Part shown: positions 37,153 to 49,790 of the stretch, piece after piece
Layout of the letters: each line of letters begins with the position of its first letter
Numbering within the stretch: position 1 is the stretch's first letter
Source of the DNA: Lama glama
Lineage: Eukaryota
Assembly (NCBI GenBank): GCA_028534125.1
Contig: CM052818.1
Span: 10,480,001-10,544,000 of the forward strand
Direction: 5' to 3'
Length of the DNA stretch: 64,000 nucleotides
Program-made: the position numbers and the translations under genes
Notes under the pieces: model-generated
Seen by the model: only the letters and a program-made list of their open reading frames with translations
Databases searched by the model: none
What the model was told of the DNA's origin: nothing

Positions 37153-37965
37153 ACTCCTGTTGGGATATCTCTTATGAGCTTGCCACAGAAGGGCAATTCA
37201 GCATTCAGTGTTTAACTGTCATTGTGTTAAATGTAGGATCTCAAGTGGGAGATGCTGCAGGGAAAATGATGAGTGAACCCCAGGGTGAGAAAGTAGTCAG
37301 TGCAGATGGGTTATCTGAGATACCTAAAGTAGGACTCGAAGGTTTCCGTGACACATGTTGACTGAGAGCTTGCTGAGAAGCAGTCGGGATGGCGTGAGCA
37401 AAAGGTACAGTGATAAGCTTGGGAAACCAAGTAAATGGGGAACTAGAAGAGACTCTGGTTTCACAGGAATGAGGTGCAAGGGCTGCGCATAGAAGAGGTA
37501 AAGGGTGGAAAGACTGGGTAAAAGGTTAAAATTCAGACTTCTGTCCAGAGCTTGGGGAAGCTTGAGGTCTTCCCAGCAGCTCTCTGTCCTGGGATCTTGG
37601 CTCCAAGCTGCTCCTGCTGGGCCCCCAACTGTCCTCTTGGTATTTTTTCTTGGACTGTCACCCCTGTTATGTCACTGCTCACAGAGAGAGCCTCTGAATG
37701 TGGGAACATAAATAGCTATTCTCACTTCCAGTGGTGTGGGAAACCTGAATTGTCCTCTGCCTAATTTCAAGCCCTGAAAATAATTCCTTGACTATCTTTA
37801 CTTCCTTTCTTTATTCTTCCCATTCTTATATCTATTTTCTCCTCCCTTTTCCCAAGCCTCCTCTTTCTATCCTTCTCTCTCCCTTGCTTCCTTCCTCCCT
37901 GCCTCTTTGCCTCACCCTTTCCCTTACACCACAAACATCGTTGAGTCCCTTACTATGGTGTAGAC

Positions 37966-38287
37966 CAGGGATCAGCAGATTTTTTTTGTAAGAGGCCAGG
38001 TAGTAAATATTTTCAGCTTTGGGGGGCCGTATGGTCTCTGTCACAACTACTCAACTCTGGGTTGTGTTGTGAAAGCGGCCATAGACAACACATAAACAAA
38101 TGGGCATGTCTGTGTTCCAGTAAAATTTATGGACACTGAAATTTGAATTTCATGTCATTTTCACAGGTCACAAGACGTTATTCTTCTTTTGATTCTTTCT
38201 AACCATTTAGAATTGTAAACAACATTCTTAGATTGTGGGCCATCCAGACAGGCAGTGGGCCTGCCGGCCATAGTTGACTGACCCCTG
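37966..38287. mobile_element. hAT-Charlie MITE MER58B, full length with 8-bp TSD
   Basis: TIRs cagggatcagca ... actgacccctg; TSD gtgtagac (37958-37965) / gtgtagaa (38288-38295). Confidence 0.93.
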
Positions 38288-39364
38288 GTGTAGAATCCTA
38301 GAAAAACTACAAAGTTTAAATGCCAGCCCTGTCTTCCTGCATCCCTGTTGCTATGGCACAAGTCTGTGAACCCTTAAGTGCATGACTGATATACGACAGC
38401 GTGAGCACAGGTTAGAAGGAAGTGTCAGGAGTAATGACGGAAAAGGGGAGACTGCCCCCGGGGAAGGTGGCATTTGTACTGCTCCTCGAAGGATGAGTGG
38501 GGTTCAGAGCTCTTATAATTTGATGACCCTGATGGTGACTCCCAATTCTCATTTCATTTCCGAACTTAAAACCTCAGTCACAGCCTCTCTCTCCTCACTT
38601 TGAAAGACATTGGACTTTCTCAACAGGCAATAAATTCGGCTACAACCCAGATTCCTTCCCCTCAAACGCTCCTCCTTACCTGTGATTGGAACCCTTGAGG
38701 GATGTGTGTGAGCTAGCTGTGCTGTCGGGGATCTGAGCTAAGGAAGCAGAAAGCCAGCTGAGTTCTGCCCTCACAAAACTTGGCTCAGGCAAGCAGTTCT
38801 CAGAGCCAGGGTTTCATGAGTAGGAAGAGTAAGTACCTGCTTCAAGCTTCTTGTCAGGACCCCATCTAAGAAACCCATTTAGATGGCCCCTCTGGACCTG
38901 CCACACAGTCCTTTACAGTTGGACATGACCCAGCTAGAGTACCAAAAAGTGGGCTCTGCTTTTTCAGCTTCAATTTTCCAGTACTTTTCCCTCCCTCGTT
39001 TCCTCCCTCCCTCCCTCCTTCCCTTCTCTTCTTCCTTCAAGCCTTAGCAAAAGGCCAAGGTACTGAAATATGAATTGATTGTGCAAAACAAACTAAAATT
39101 TGCCTGGGGCAGTATACAGATTTTTCATTTATTTCCCTTAACATCTTCCAGTCCTTGAGTGTGTGTTTAAAGGATAGGAGTCCTAATTTATCACAGGGAT
39201 CATAAAGAGATGCTGTGGCTTTTGTCTTTGAAATTCTAATGATTAGATGGCATTGTTATTTAAAGCTGGGGCCTGAGGGCTGGGGCAGCCCAGAGAAGGA
39301 CCCTGGCTCCTGCTGGCATTTTTTATGATGAGAGAGCTCCCCTTCACTTCATCTCCCAATACTG

Positions 39365-39590
39365 TCATGTAGTAAAAAACAACATTGAACTTGAACCTTA
39401 AGAACTGGATTAAGATTCCAGGTTGACTACTTGCTTTATTACCTTGGGAAAATTTAGTTGACCTCTTAGGAAGTCAGTGACAGTTACCTCTTCTTTAAAG
39501 TGGAGATAATTGATAATTTTTAGTTTATGGGTGCTTGAGAGGGCACTTTGAGATAACAGATGTAAAAGTGCCTTGAAAAGTATGAAATCG
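39365..39590 (+). mobile_element. MIR-family SINE
   Basis: accttgggaaaatttagttgacctct...cagttacctcttctttaaagtggagataat...gagataacagatgtaaaagtgccttg. Confidence 0.7.
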
Positions 39591-39802
39591 GGGAACCTTT
39601 CTACAGTGGTCTCCAGATCACCCAAGACTCTTCTGAGCTCCCAGGGACCTAGATGAAGGTCAAAGAAAGCAAAATTATTCCTTCCACTGGTGTAAGACTC
39701 GGCTTAACAATCTCCCCCTTCTTATTTCTCTCAATGGATCTTCCCTTAGTCCATAAATGCCTCCTTTCCCCAGGTACCACACAACTGTTTGGCTATAAGG
39801 AT

Positions 39803-40316
39803 TGTGACGTGGTCTTTAACGTGCTAACTCAAAATATGGTGACTTGGCATATTGAATATTTGAAGCTGAAAGAATTTGAGAAATGGCAGGTTCAGAAAGG
39901 ACTCTCTGACCTCCCCTTTCTCCCCTGAGGCAGGTCCATTATGAGAGCAGTGCCCTCCCTATACCTAGAGGAAAGGAGCACCCCCTGTTTTTCTGAAGAC
40001 AGGGGGATATAGGGATGCCCAGAGGAACCCAAACAAATAGGACTTGCTATGTTTCTCTTAGCTTTCTACCCTTGACTAACACCTTTTTCTCCTATTACAT
40101 TTTCCCTTAACTTTCCACTCTTCATCAGGCCTGATACAAAAATGCTCAGGCTTAACTGCTTCTTCAGGTCTTCAGTTAGTTATGAAGGCTCCTGTGTCAC
40201 GTGAAATTTCTTTTAAATTAGTATGCTTTTCTCCTTTAATCTGTCTTCGTCAGTTTAATTTTCTGGGTCAGCCAGGGACCCTAAGAGGATGGAGGAAGAG
40301 TTTTTCTTCCCTTACA
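39803..40316 (+). mobile_element. ERV1 solo LTR, MER34-like
   Basis: caaaatatggtgacttggcatattgaatatttgaagctgaaagaatttgagaa near the start; ends gtttttcttcccttaca. The start boundary is approximate. Confidence 0.75.
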
Positions 40317-40752
40317 CCTGTATATTCCTATATTGCTTCCTTTAAAGGTATTACCAGTTCTTTCTGAAACCCTACTCCCTGCCATAGGAGACCCTACTCC
40401 CCCGTGGCTATGGAACTTTGGTTCTGCCTTCAGGGCCATCTTCCTCCGAAGACTGTCCTGTAACTTCAGCCTCTTAGGTGACTGTGTGTGTGTGCTTGTG
40501 TGTACAGAGATTGTAAATGCTTTGAGATAGATGTCATCCAGTGCCTAGCCATTCCTGGGCCTACACTTAGTGATCGATAAATAGTTGTTTAATCAAAAGT
40601 ATATCAGACCATGTTGATTGTCTGAATATGAGTTTCCCCCGGACCTCTGGAAATCTCCTAGGTTCAGTGGAGGCTCTGCATTTGTTCTCTACAAGACTGG
40701 TCTGCAGGAGTTGTTAGCAGAAGCTTAACATGTTTGAGCTACTATTCAGCTC

Positions 40753-41636
40753 TTTTTTAAAAATTGAAGTATAATCAATTTACAATGTTGTTTTAGTTTC
40801 TGGTATATGCATAGTGATTCAGTTATATATATATTCCTTTTCATCTTCTTTTTTGTTATAGATTATTACAAGATATTGAATATAGTTCCCTATGCTATAC
40901 AGCAGGACCTTGTTGTTTATCTATTTCATATATAATAGTTAGTCCTAAACTCCCAATTTATCCCTACCCACGTCCTTTCCCCTGGTAACTGTAAGTTTAT
41001 TCTCTATATCTGTGAGTCTGTTTCTGCTTTGTAAGTAAGTTCATTTGTGCCTTTTTTTTTTTAGATTCCACATATAAATGATATCATGTGGTATTTTTCC
41101 TTCTCTTTCTGGCTTACTTCACTTAGTATAACAATCACCAGTTCCATTCATGTTGCTGCAAATGACATTATTTTATTATTTTTTATGGCTGAGTAGTATT
41201 CCATTGTATAAATATACCACAACTTCTTTATCCAATTATCTGTCAGTGGACATTTAGGTTTCTTCCATGTCTTGCCTATTATATATAGTGCTGATCTGAA
41301 CATTGGGGTGCATGTATCTTTTCAAATTAGAGTTCCCTCCAAATATGTACCCAGGAGGTGGATTGCTGGACCACATGGTAAGTCTATTTTTAGATTTTTA
41401 GGGAATCTCCATACTATTTTTCATAGTGGCTGCACCAAACTGCATTCTCTCCAACAGTGTAGAAGGGTTCCCTTTTCTCCACACCCTCTCTGGCATCTAT
41501 TGTTTTTTGACTTTTCAATGATAGCCATTCTGACTGGTGTCAGGTGATACCTCATTGTAGTTTTGATTTTCATTTCTCTGATAATTAGTGATATTGAGCA
41601 TTTTTTCGTGTGCCTATTGGCAGTTTGTATGTCTTC
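40753..41636 (-). mobile_element. 5'-truncated LINE-1 3' end of cetartiodactyl type (ORF2 C-terminus and 3'UTR)
   Basis: ttgaagtataatcaatttacaatgttg...aatatagttccctatgctatacagcaggacc; ORF 41421-41684(-) gives L1 ORF2 peptide [30 protein letters not shown]; possible decayed TSD tattcagctctt / tgctcaactctt. Confidence 0.95.
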
Positions 41637-42224
41637 ATGCTCAACTCTTTCCATAACCACCTGGACAACATGCATGCTGCCCAAGGGAAATCAGGACTGT
41701 ATTCAGGCTTCCAGTGTGGCCCCTCATCCCCATCTTGGAGCTGACCAGAGACGCCCATCTTCAAATATTTTCTTAGGCATTGAGGTCCTTCAGGGTTCCT
41801 CAAATTAGCTGCTATTGATGAATAATTTTGTGTGTTGAATTAAGTGGGTGTTTTCTACAGGTAGATCAGACTGATTTACCCATTCTGGCTACTGAAATAA
41901 TATTAAATCTCACTCAGGCCATGATACGCTTAGCTACTAAGGGGAAGGAGAAGTGGGCACACAGATATTTGATTTCTTCTCTGAAGAAATTCTGTTTTTT
42001 GGCTGTTCTCACTGGATTAGTGTGTCTTAGGGTCAATTTCCTTTGAGACAGGTCCCTATGCCACAAGGCAGAACTTCTAGGAGCAGCAGAAAACATTGAT
42101 CTCTCCTCCTGGAGAAGCTGAGAATGTCTAGTTACTCAACAGTGCTCTTAGAAAGTGACTTGCTACCTGTGTAACATTCACGAGTGCCTTTGTAATTACG
42201 TGTACAAAGTCTTTTTTAATCTAC

Positions 42225-42402
42225 CAGTGGTTTTCCTTGCTGGCTCTACATCAAAATCTCCTGGGAGAACTTTTGCAGAAACAAAGATGCCAGCACCATA
42301 GCTATATCCCAGAGATTCTGGCTTAATTTGCCTGGGATGGTCTGGACACTGGTTCTCTCGAAAAAAATGATTTTTAATTGCAGTGCGGACTGGGAACCAC
42401 TG
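42225..42402. mobile_element. hAT-Charlie MITE MER5A-like
   Basis: TIRs cagtggttt ... gaaccactg, ~180 bp, internal cccagagattctggcttaattt. Confidence 0.85.
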
Positions 42403-42410
42403 CTTTAGAT

Positions 42411-42618
42411 CAGGGGTCATCAAACATTTTCTGTAACGGGCCAGATAGTGAATATTTTAGGTTTTTCAGGCCATGCAATTCTGTGACAGTTACTCAACTC
42501 TGTCATGGCAGTGGCAGAACATCTATTGATGGGTATGGCTGTGTTCCAATAAAACTTTATTTACCAAAAAAAGCAGTGGGCCACATTTGGCCAGGAAACT
42601 GTAGTTTGCTGGCTCCTG
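42411..42618. mobile_element. hAT-Charlie MITE MER58A
   Basis: caggggtcatcaaac ... tggctgtgttccaataaaactttattta ... tttgctggctcctg; TSD-like flanks ctttagat / ctctagag. Confidence 0.9.
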
Positions 42619-45600
42619 CTCTAGAGTCTGGACTATTATATTTATGAAGACAAGGTACTGTGCTTATGAAGTTCAACTCTGGGTCACTGGCATAGTGACC
42701 TGGCATGCAACAGACACTCCGTGAATACTTATTAAGTTAAGTTGAATTTAATGAGTTTATTGTACTCATGGGGTAATACCTGAGAAGGAGACAGAGTGGC
42801 TAGTCTTAGGAAAAGTTATAGCATTTTGGGTAGAAATGTCTATGGCTTAATAATTTGGGACAACTTGTAAAATCCTGTTTAACTTTGTTAAGCTTTGTTG
42901 AACTCCTTCATGAAACTTTTCAAAATAGATTGATATTAAGTTGTGTGTGTGTATGGCAGTGGGGAGAGAAATGCGATTTTCTATAGTTTTTATTTGCCTG
43001 TGCTTATAAAAAATGTATATAGCAACCAATAGAACTCCCATAATTGGTCAATCAATGAATCAGCTTATGAAAAATTTGTTAAGTCAGTTGACTAAACTTC
43101 CCAGCCAATTCAATCAAACTGATGCCATGGTAACCCTACGTAAATAAACACAGTCTCTGCATTTAAACCATCCACAATACACCGGTTAGAGGAAATATGT
43201 GTTGACTCTAAGTTTTGCCTTGGTGGGCATAAGAAGCATGTGCTAGCAACAAAAAGCCTACAGGAAGTTGGCAAGATACTGGGCAAGAAGTGGAGGTTCA
43301 CTGTCATTGTGTAATGGTGTCAGATTGACCAAATGTCCCCGGGGATGAAAATACTGGGACAATCACCGTAGAGTAGTTTAAAAGCAAAACAACAGAATGC
43401 ACTGGAAATTCCTACAAAAAAATCACTCTTATATATAGATACCTAGAAAACAAGGCCAGGCATCCACAGTTTTTCTTCTTCTCTTTGATCAAATGTATCA
43501 GTCTTATTTTTAACCCAAGTCTATTCATCAGTTGCAGCACAGAGACATCTTTTATGTGAATTGGCTCTTCTCTCCTGACAAGAGCTTAGAATCCCTAAAT
43601 TCTGATGTCCTGAATATGGAAATGGCACTGTGTATGAATGGTTGTGTGACTAGTCTCCTGGGCCTCACCTAGTCTTTGGGAGGAGTAGGTAGTATCCAGG
43701 GACATGTAATTAATTCATTGAGACTGGCACATATAGGACATTTCATCTAAAACCCTTTCTTGATTTTGTTTGGAGACTTTGCACACATGATGATCTGTGG
43801 GCTCCAATGGCCTCTTGGAAAGAGCCTGCTGCTCGGGGACCCTGGTGTGGATGCAACACAGAGAGGAGGAAGGCACTGCAGGGAAGTTGTGTTTTCGAGC
43901 AGTGGGTCACTGTACATTATGTGAGCGCCATGATCTGTTATTAGTGCAAAGCTGATTGGAACAAAAGGGGGCATATCTGTGGGCGAGCAGCAGGGAGAGG
44001 ATTTTAAAGTTTTGATGAAAACTAAAATTGCTCAGGAAAATCTCAACTGTTTTCCTTTCTCCACATGTGACTTTTAAATTGAATTTCTTTTTAGGCAATA
44101 AGCTATTCTTTTACCTAGGACAGAACATGGAGGGGTCTGAGTCTTTAAGCTTCTCACATTTCTTCGTATGATTGTGAGTGGGAGTCCCTTGGGAAGTGTG
44201 CTTTTCCATGCATGTGTCCTGTATTGTCTTTTCTTTTCCCTCCTCCTCCCACCCCTTCTCCTTACCGCAGAGGTAGCAATCCTTCTGCTATTAGCAAGAT
44301 GTCTATTATAGTGTCATTAAAAAAGCCATAGTCAGTGCGAGGAATGACTCATGTCATGGAGGACTTAATAATTCACTGTAATAAAAGTATAAAGTTTTAT
44401 GATAAACCACTCTCAGGGGAGTTAAATATAATCCTTAGCGGGTCACACAGTGACTACAGAGCTTACATTTGTAATGGTAATTTGAATTTACTACATTGCC
44501 TTTAGTTTTTAAGCGTTTGTGTGTCATTAGACCTTATAAATTGATTTATATGTTTCAACTCCAGTATAATTCTGCATAAAGGTACAATAAATTTTATGGA
44601 TTGGAGATATGGCATCTAAAACATTTTAATAAAATTATTGTTCTAAATTCACTTAAATGGCATTGATGAAAAGCGGCAGTGAAGATGCCAACATTTCAGA
44701 ACTTTCATGAACTGGATGAAGTGGGAGTGGCAGCTGCAGGTGGGGTGTTGCTGGGTGTAATTCCTCACAGCCCCCTCCTTGCTTTGTCAGCAAATAGGGA
44801 CCTCCGGGGCCATTCTTGAAAGGGTGCCCACTGCCATGCGGTTTGCCGTGTGGGGACATCAAAGCTCTGGGTAATGCAATGATGATGAGTTTGCAGCAGA
44901 CAGGAGCTGATTGCATCCCTCAGAAGGACCTTTCTGTTATTTGTGGGACTAAATGGAATTCTGGCTTTCCAAGGAAACGAAAGGAAGCTTGTCCAAGCTG
45001 GCAGTGTTCTTTCCCACTTGGCATGGAGGGCAGAACACCCATCCCTTAATTTATTTTCTCCTCTAATTTCTGAAGGGAAGACGTTAAAAACTGCACTCCC
45101 CTCCGCCCCCTAAAAAAAACCCCACAAAACACCCAACCTGCTTAGAGAGTGAAATGTGATGGGGTGGGGGTGCCTGGCTATCCCTGGGGTTTGTTTGGCT
45201 GCCTGGCCCCTGGCTTCCCAGGCCTTTGGTCTCACCGGCTATACTTTTGAGGAATGTGTCTCAGCCACATTCTCCTTTTCCCCTTATTATCATAAAAATA
45301 AAGGTCAAATAAACTGGATTATGAAAAATGAAAACCAAAACCTATGAAAACAAAACCCTTGTTTGTTTCACGGGCTTGGATCCAAATGGCACCGATGCAA
45401 ACTCTTAAAAGGAAAGGAGAGAACCGCCCCTCCCATCTCCCCTCCCACCCTTGCCCCCAAATCCTCCTATTAATGGTTCACTTTTTCTCATTGGTATTAT
45501 TTCAACTAGCCAGCCAGGAGTGAGTTGTGATTAATTGTATTTTCCTTCTGACTTTGCAGATTCGGGGGCGATTGCTCACTGGCTCCTGTCCTGTGAGAAC

Positions 45601-47164
45601 TTTGTTTACATTTGGCAATGTGCTTTTAAGTCACTGAAAAAGCAGCACAGAATTTGGCTAAAAATACTTGATAAACTATACCGTCTGTTTTAGGGCTTTA
45701 AATAATTACCCGGCAATTTTTTTTTCTTCCTTTTGAATGCAATTTCCCCCAAAGCTGGTATAATTTCAGTGTGGATCTTCAAAACCTTTTGTCTAATCCC
45801 GTGTATAGGCTTTCCCATAACGAAATAAAGAGGTCCTGGCCGGCTCCAGTGGGCAGTTCTCATCATATTCCCTGTAGCACTTGCACATTAGAAAAGCTTT
45901 GTCCTCTCACTGGGGGCAGGGTTTTTTTGTTGTTGTTAGAAAAGCACCGAAGTAAACCTCTAGGGGCCCTCAGGACTCAGTGGGTGTGTCACTGTTAAAT
46001 GACCCAGCCAGCTGGACAGGTTGAGGTACAATTTACTGGAAATATATTAAAAGTGTCTTGGGAAATGATTCTTAAAAATGTTCCCACTGCTGGTGTGATA
46101 CAGATTAGAACCCCAGTGTGCAACTGAGAAAAATTAAATTGTAACAAGAAACCCCTGATGGTACAATGATGGCTTGTGGGGAGGATGGTTGAATTCAAGG
46201 AACTAAAGGGAGAAAATTCAGCTTCCAGTGACTTATTGCCTAGGCCCACGCCAGGTCTGTACAGGGCAGAGGACTGGACAGGTGGGGGCACCTCTATCTG
46301 ACAACTGACATCTATGTGCATTTTCCAGGGAGCTGAAGTGTCAAACTCTGCGTTTCTCCTTTTACCCTCTCCTTAGTGACATCCCAAGGGAATCAGAGCT
46401 GGAACCTTATGTAGCCTTATGCATAGACAAATTTGGCAGCCACTTGTATGATATGATTTATGCAGCAGAAAAGTTCCTGGCTGGCATGGCTACCATTCAA
46501 CTTGTTCTTTCCCCCAAAGCAAGCACACTCCAGGAATCCCTATCTAAAATGCAGATGGCCCAGAGAAAGGGAATAGGTGTTTATCAGTCATCAACACCAT
46601 GGTGAGAATTAGTGTCAACACAATTTAGTAAGCTGAACAATCACGACCTGAAAGAGTAGGACATAGAACAAAGGAGTTTTGATGATGAGGAAGAATTTCT
46701 TTGGAGTTTCTTAAGGCAGGCAAGCCAGAGTGGCACATGGCAAAGGGAGCCTGGGGTTATCATAAAGGGTGGAAAGACTGTGGGGTGGGTGTGGAGGGGA
46801 AGCACAAAAACGGAGAAAGAGATACAGAAAGGAGATGGGGGAGACCATCAAGGTGAATTTGACCAACCTTGGACTTTGCCTTAGAATTGTCCCTCAAGTG
46901 ACACGAGCAATTCTAAAAATCTTGTCACTTAGAATTTTGTTCTAAAATCTCACCTCGTATCTCTGGGAATTTCTGGGTCCATTAGCAGATGGCCTTGAGC
47001 CCATAAAACTTTAAATTAAAAAAAATTATTAAACATATATGACAAATACAAAGATATGCAAAACACTCTTACATATGCCCTTTGATCATTTTCATGATCA
47101 GCCTGGCACACAGTAGATGGTTAATAAATATTTACTCAGATGAGTTGAATATATGGAACAAGTG

Positions 47165-47275
47165 TTAATATCAGTCCCATTTCATGGATGAGGAAATTAA
47201 GCCTCAGAGAGCTTAAGTGAGTTGCCCAAGATCGAGGAATTAATTGCTGCTGCAGCCTCTTTCCACTCTTAGTGC
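47165..47275 (-). mobile_element. MIR SINE fragment (preceded by a short L2/MIR-like tail at ~47095-47150)
   Basis: cccatttcatggatgaggaaattaagcctcagagagcttaagtgagttgcccaagatc. Confidence 0.8.
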
Positions 47276-48257
47276 CCCTCCGCCCCCACCTTTCATTAGG
47301 CCCAGAGTCCCCACTTTGGCTTGTCCTCGTTAGGCAGTGTCAGAGCAGTGCTTTCTGCTTTTGTAGTTCTGACTCCCAAGGCCAGCTCTCCTACATTGCC
47401 TTCGTGTGAGAATAGGGTTGAACAAGGCTTTGTGTGCTTCATCCTACTAAACCAGGTCCATGCAGAGAAATTGAGTGTGATCCACAGGGAAGTCCTTGAC
47501 CTTTTAATTACAACCTGCTGAGTCTGCTGGACTTGTAAGGTCCCCAGCTGCTCAACCAGATGGACTTTTCCAGGCAACTTGAGGCCTTGAACAATGTTTT
47601 AATTGGAAATAACTCAAAGTCTAAAACTGGGATTGGTGGCCCATTATCCTCCATCATAAGACATGCTTATTGGGATAAGGCATGTTTATTGGGAGCACTG
47701 CTTGAACCAAAAATTAGGCCCCCAAGGAGCCAAGGTCAAACACTTTTAAGACCCAGGAATAGTTAGTCCATTCAAAGTGGGGAGAACTGCTGGAGAAAAT
47801 GCCCTCAATATTCTTGAGGGGCAACTTAAAGCCAGGAGCCAGAGTGCTAGATGGTAAAGGCAAGTTCACAGTGGTGTGATAGAGGAGGAGCTGGGGTGAC
47901 TATCTCAAGACACTGCTGAGTGCTTACATAACAGGCTGACTGTGGATGGTATCTGGAGTTAACTTAATGGTAAAGCGTAGAAATGGCTAAGCCATGTCCA
48001 GGTTGCCTGACCTTTGACTGCAAAATATTTTTCTGCCATTTTATCCCACTCACTGTCCCCACCCCCTCCATCCAATCTGGGCCATGGTTGTTCTCTCTGA
48101 GAAATGAGAGTCACTCTTTCCAGACTGCAGAGTAATCCAGTGGCTCCTTGAATGGGATTCTCTACATCATCCTCTCCTTTTTCATTATGGACTCAGTTTG
48201 ATCCCAAAATATTCACAAAAAGTTCTCAGACACTCCAACTGAGTCATAAAGATAATA

Positions 48258-48464
48258 TTTCTTTCTTTTTAACATTTTTTTATTGATTTATAATCATTTT
48301 ACAATGTTGTGTCAAATTCCAGTGTTCAGCACAATTTTTCAGTCATTCATGGACATATACACACTCATTGTCACATTTTTTTCTCTGTGATTTATCATAA
48401 CATTTTGTGTATATTTCCCTGTGCTATACAGTGTAATCTTGTTTATCTATTCTACAATTTTGAA
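48258..48464 (-). mobile_element. Young LINE-1 3' end (camelid-type), running into the assembly gap
   Basis: ttttttattgatttataatcattttacaatgttgtgtcaaattccagtg...atttccctgtgctatacagtgtaatcttgtttatctattc resembles the recalled Vicugna/Camelus L1 3'UTR. Confidence 0.8.
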
Positions 48465-48964
48465 NNNNNNNNNNNNNNNNNNNNNNNNNNNNNNNNNNNN
48501 NNNNNNNNNNNNNNNNNNNNNNNNNNNNNNNNNNNNNNNNNNNNNNNNNNNNNNNNNNNNNNNNNNNNNNNNNNNNNNNNNNNNNNNNNNNNNNNNNNNN
48601 NNNNNNNNNNNNNNNNNNNNNNNNNNNNNNNNNNNNNNNNNNNNNNNNNNNNNNNNNNNNNNNNNNNNNNNNNNNNNNNNNNNNNNNNNNNNNNNNNNNN
48701 NNNNNNNNNNNNNNNNNNNNNNNNNNNNNNNNNNNNNNNNNNNNNNNNNNNNNNNNNNNNNNNNNNNNNNNNNNNNNNNNNNNNNNNNNNNNNNNNNNNN
48801 NNNNNNNNNNNNNNNNNNNNNNNNNNNNNNNNNNNNNNNNNNNNNNNNNNNNNNNNNNNNNNNNNNNNNNNNNNNNNNNNNNNNNNNNNNNNNNNNNNNN
48901 NNNNNNNNNNNNNNNNNNNNNNNNNNNNNNNNNNNNNNNNNNNNNNNNNNNNNNNNNNNNNNNN
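48465..48964. other. Assembly gap, 500 N
   Basis: Direct; the round length suggests a placeholder size. Confidence 1.
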
Positions 48965-49276
48965 TGAAGTACTATAAATCATATTTTCTTTCTTTTTTCC
49001 TTCCATTTTTTTTTATTCCTTTATGTATGTGTGTGTGTAGGTATGTCTGTAATGTGTAACAACCAAATGTGTGTAGAAGAATAAAGTATGTGACCCTCTA
49101 GGCCTGCACCATCCCCCGGCTGGAGCTATTAGCCACTTACATGCACAATTAACCAGCTGATTCTTAGATTGAAGGCTGAGGGAGCTAATTACAGGTACAA
49201 AAATTGCACCCAGATAAAAAGAGGTTGTTCTGGAAATTTAATCTTTAAACCTTCTTCTTCAGGGTGACTGGATAAT

Positions 49277-49330
49277 GTGTGTGTGTATGTGTATGTATGT
49301 ATGTGTGTATGTATATATGTATATATGTAT
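49277..49330. repeat. Imperfect (TG)/(TATG)/(TA) microsatellite
   Basis: Read directly. Confidence 0.9.
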
Positions 49331-49599
49331 TTCTTTTAGGTTGACCCATCTTCCTGGTTTGCTTTCCTCATAACTGCTAATGGCATCCAGTGGAATCCCC
49401 TATTTATGCCATAAATAGCTTCTACCAAATCACATTCCATTCAAATTCTGGCACCAAGATCTGTTGCAGGCTCTTTCACTATAGATTATGAATTTTCCCT
49501 TAAGTCTTGAACACTGCAATAGTCTGTTGGAAAATATGAATAGTGTATGTGTGTGTGTAAGTGTGTTGAATATCTTTTGAAGAAGTACCTCTGGGAAGG

Positions 49600-49790
49600 G
49601 AATTCATATTTATTGATAGTCTACTTTGTACTAAGCACTTTCATCCATTATCTTCTCAATAACCAAATGAGGTTATTAGATTATTTTCATTTAATACATG
49701 AGGTTACTGAGGCTCTACAAAGTGAGGTAATCTGCCCTGGGTCATATGTGTCTTAGGTGAATTTGCCGAATGTGGGCTCTTTGCATTACT
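49600..49790 (-). mobile_element. MIR SINE
   Basis: tactaagcactttcatccattatc...atgaggtta...catgaggttactgaggctc...ctgccctgggtcata. Confidence 0.7.

Noticed and set aside
37160..37550. Purine-rich stretch that may be antisense L2 (similarly ~3850-4300)
   Set aside because: No diagnostic motif could be aligned with confidence.
41272..41684. ORFs with recognisable protein similarity
   Set aside because: Decayed L1 ORF2 C-terminus and its antisense frame, not a host gene.
48309..49059. Longest ORFs in the track (184-222 aa)
   Set aside because: Artefacts of reading through the 500-N gap.
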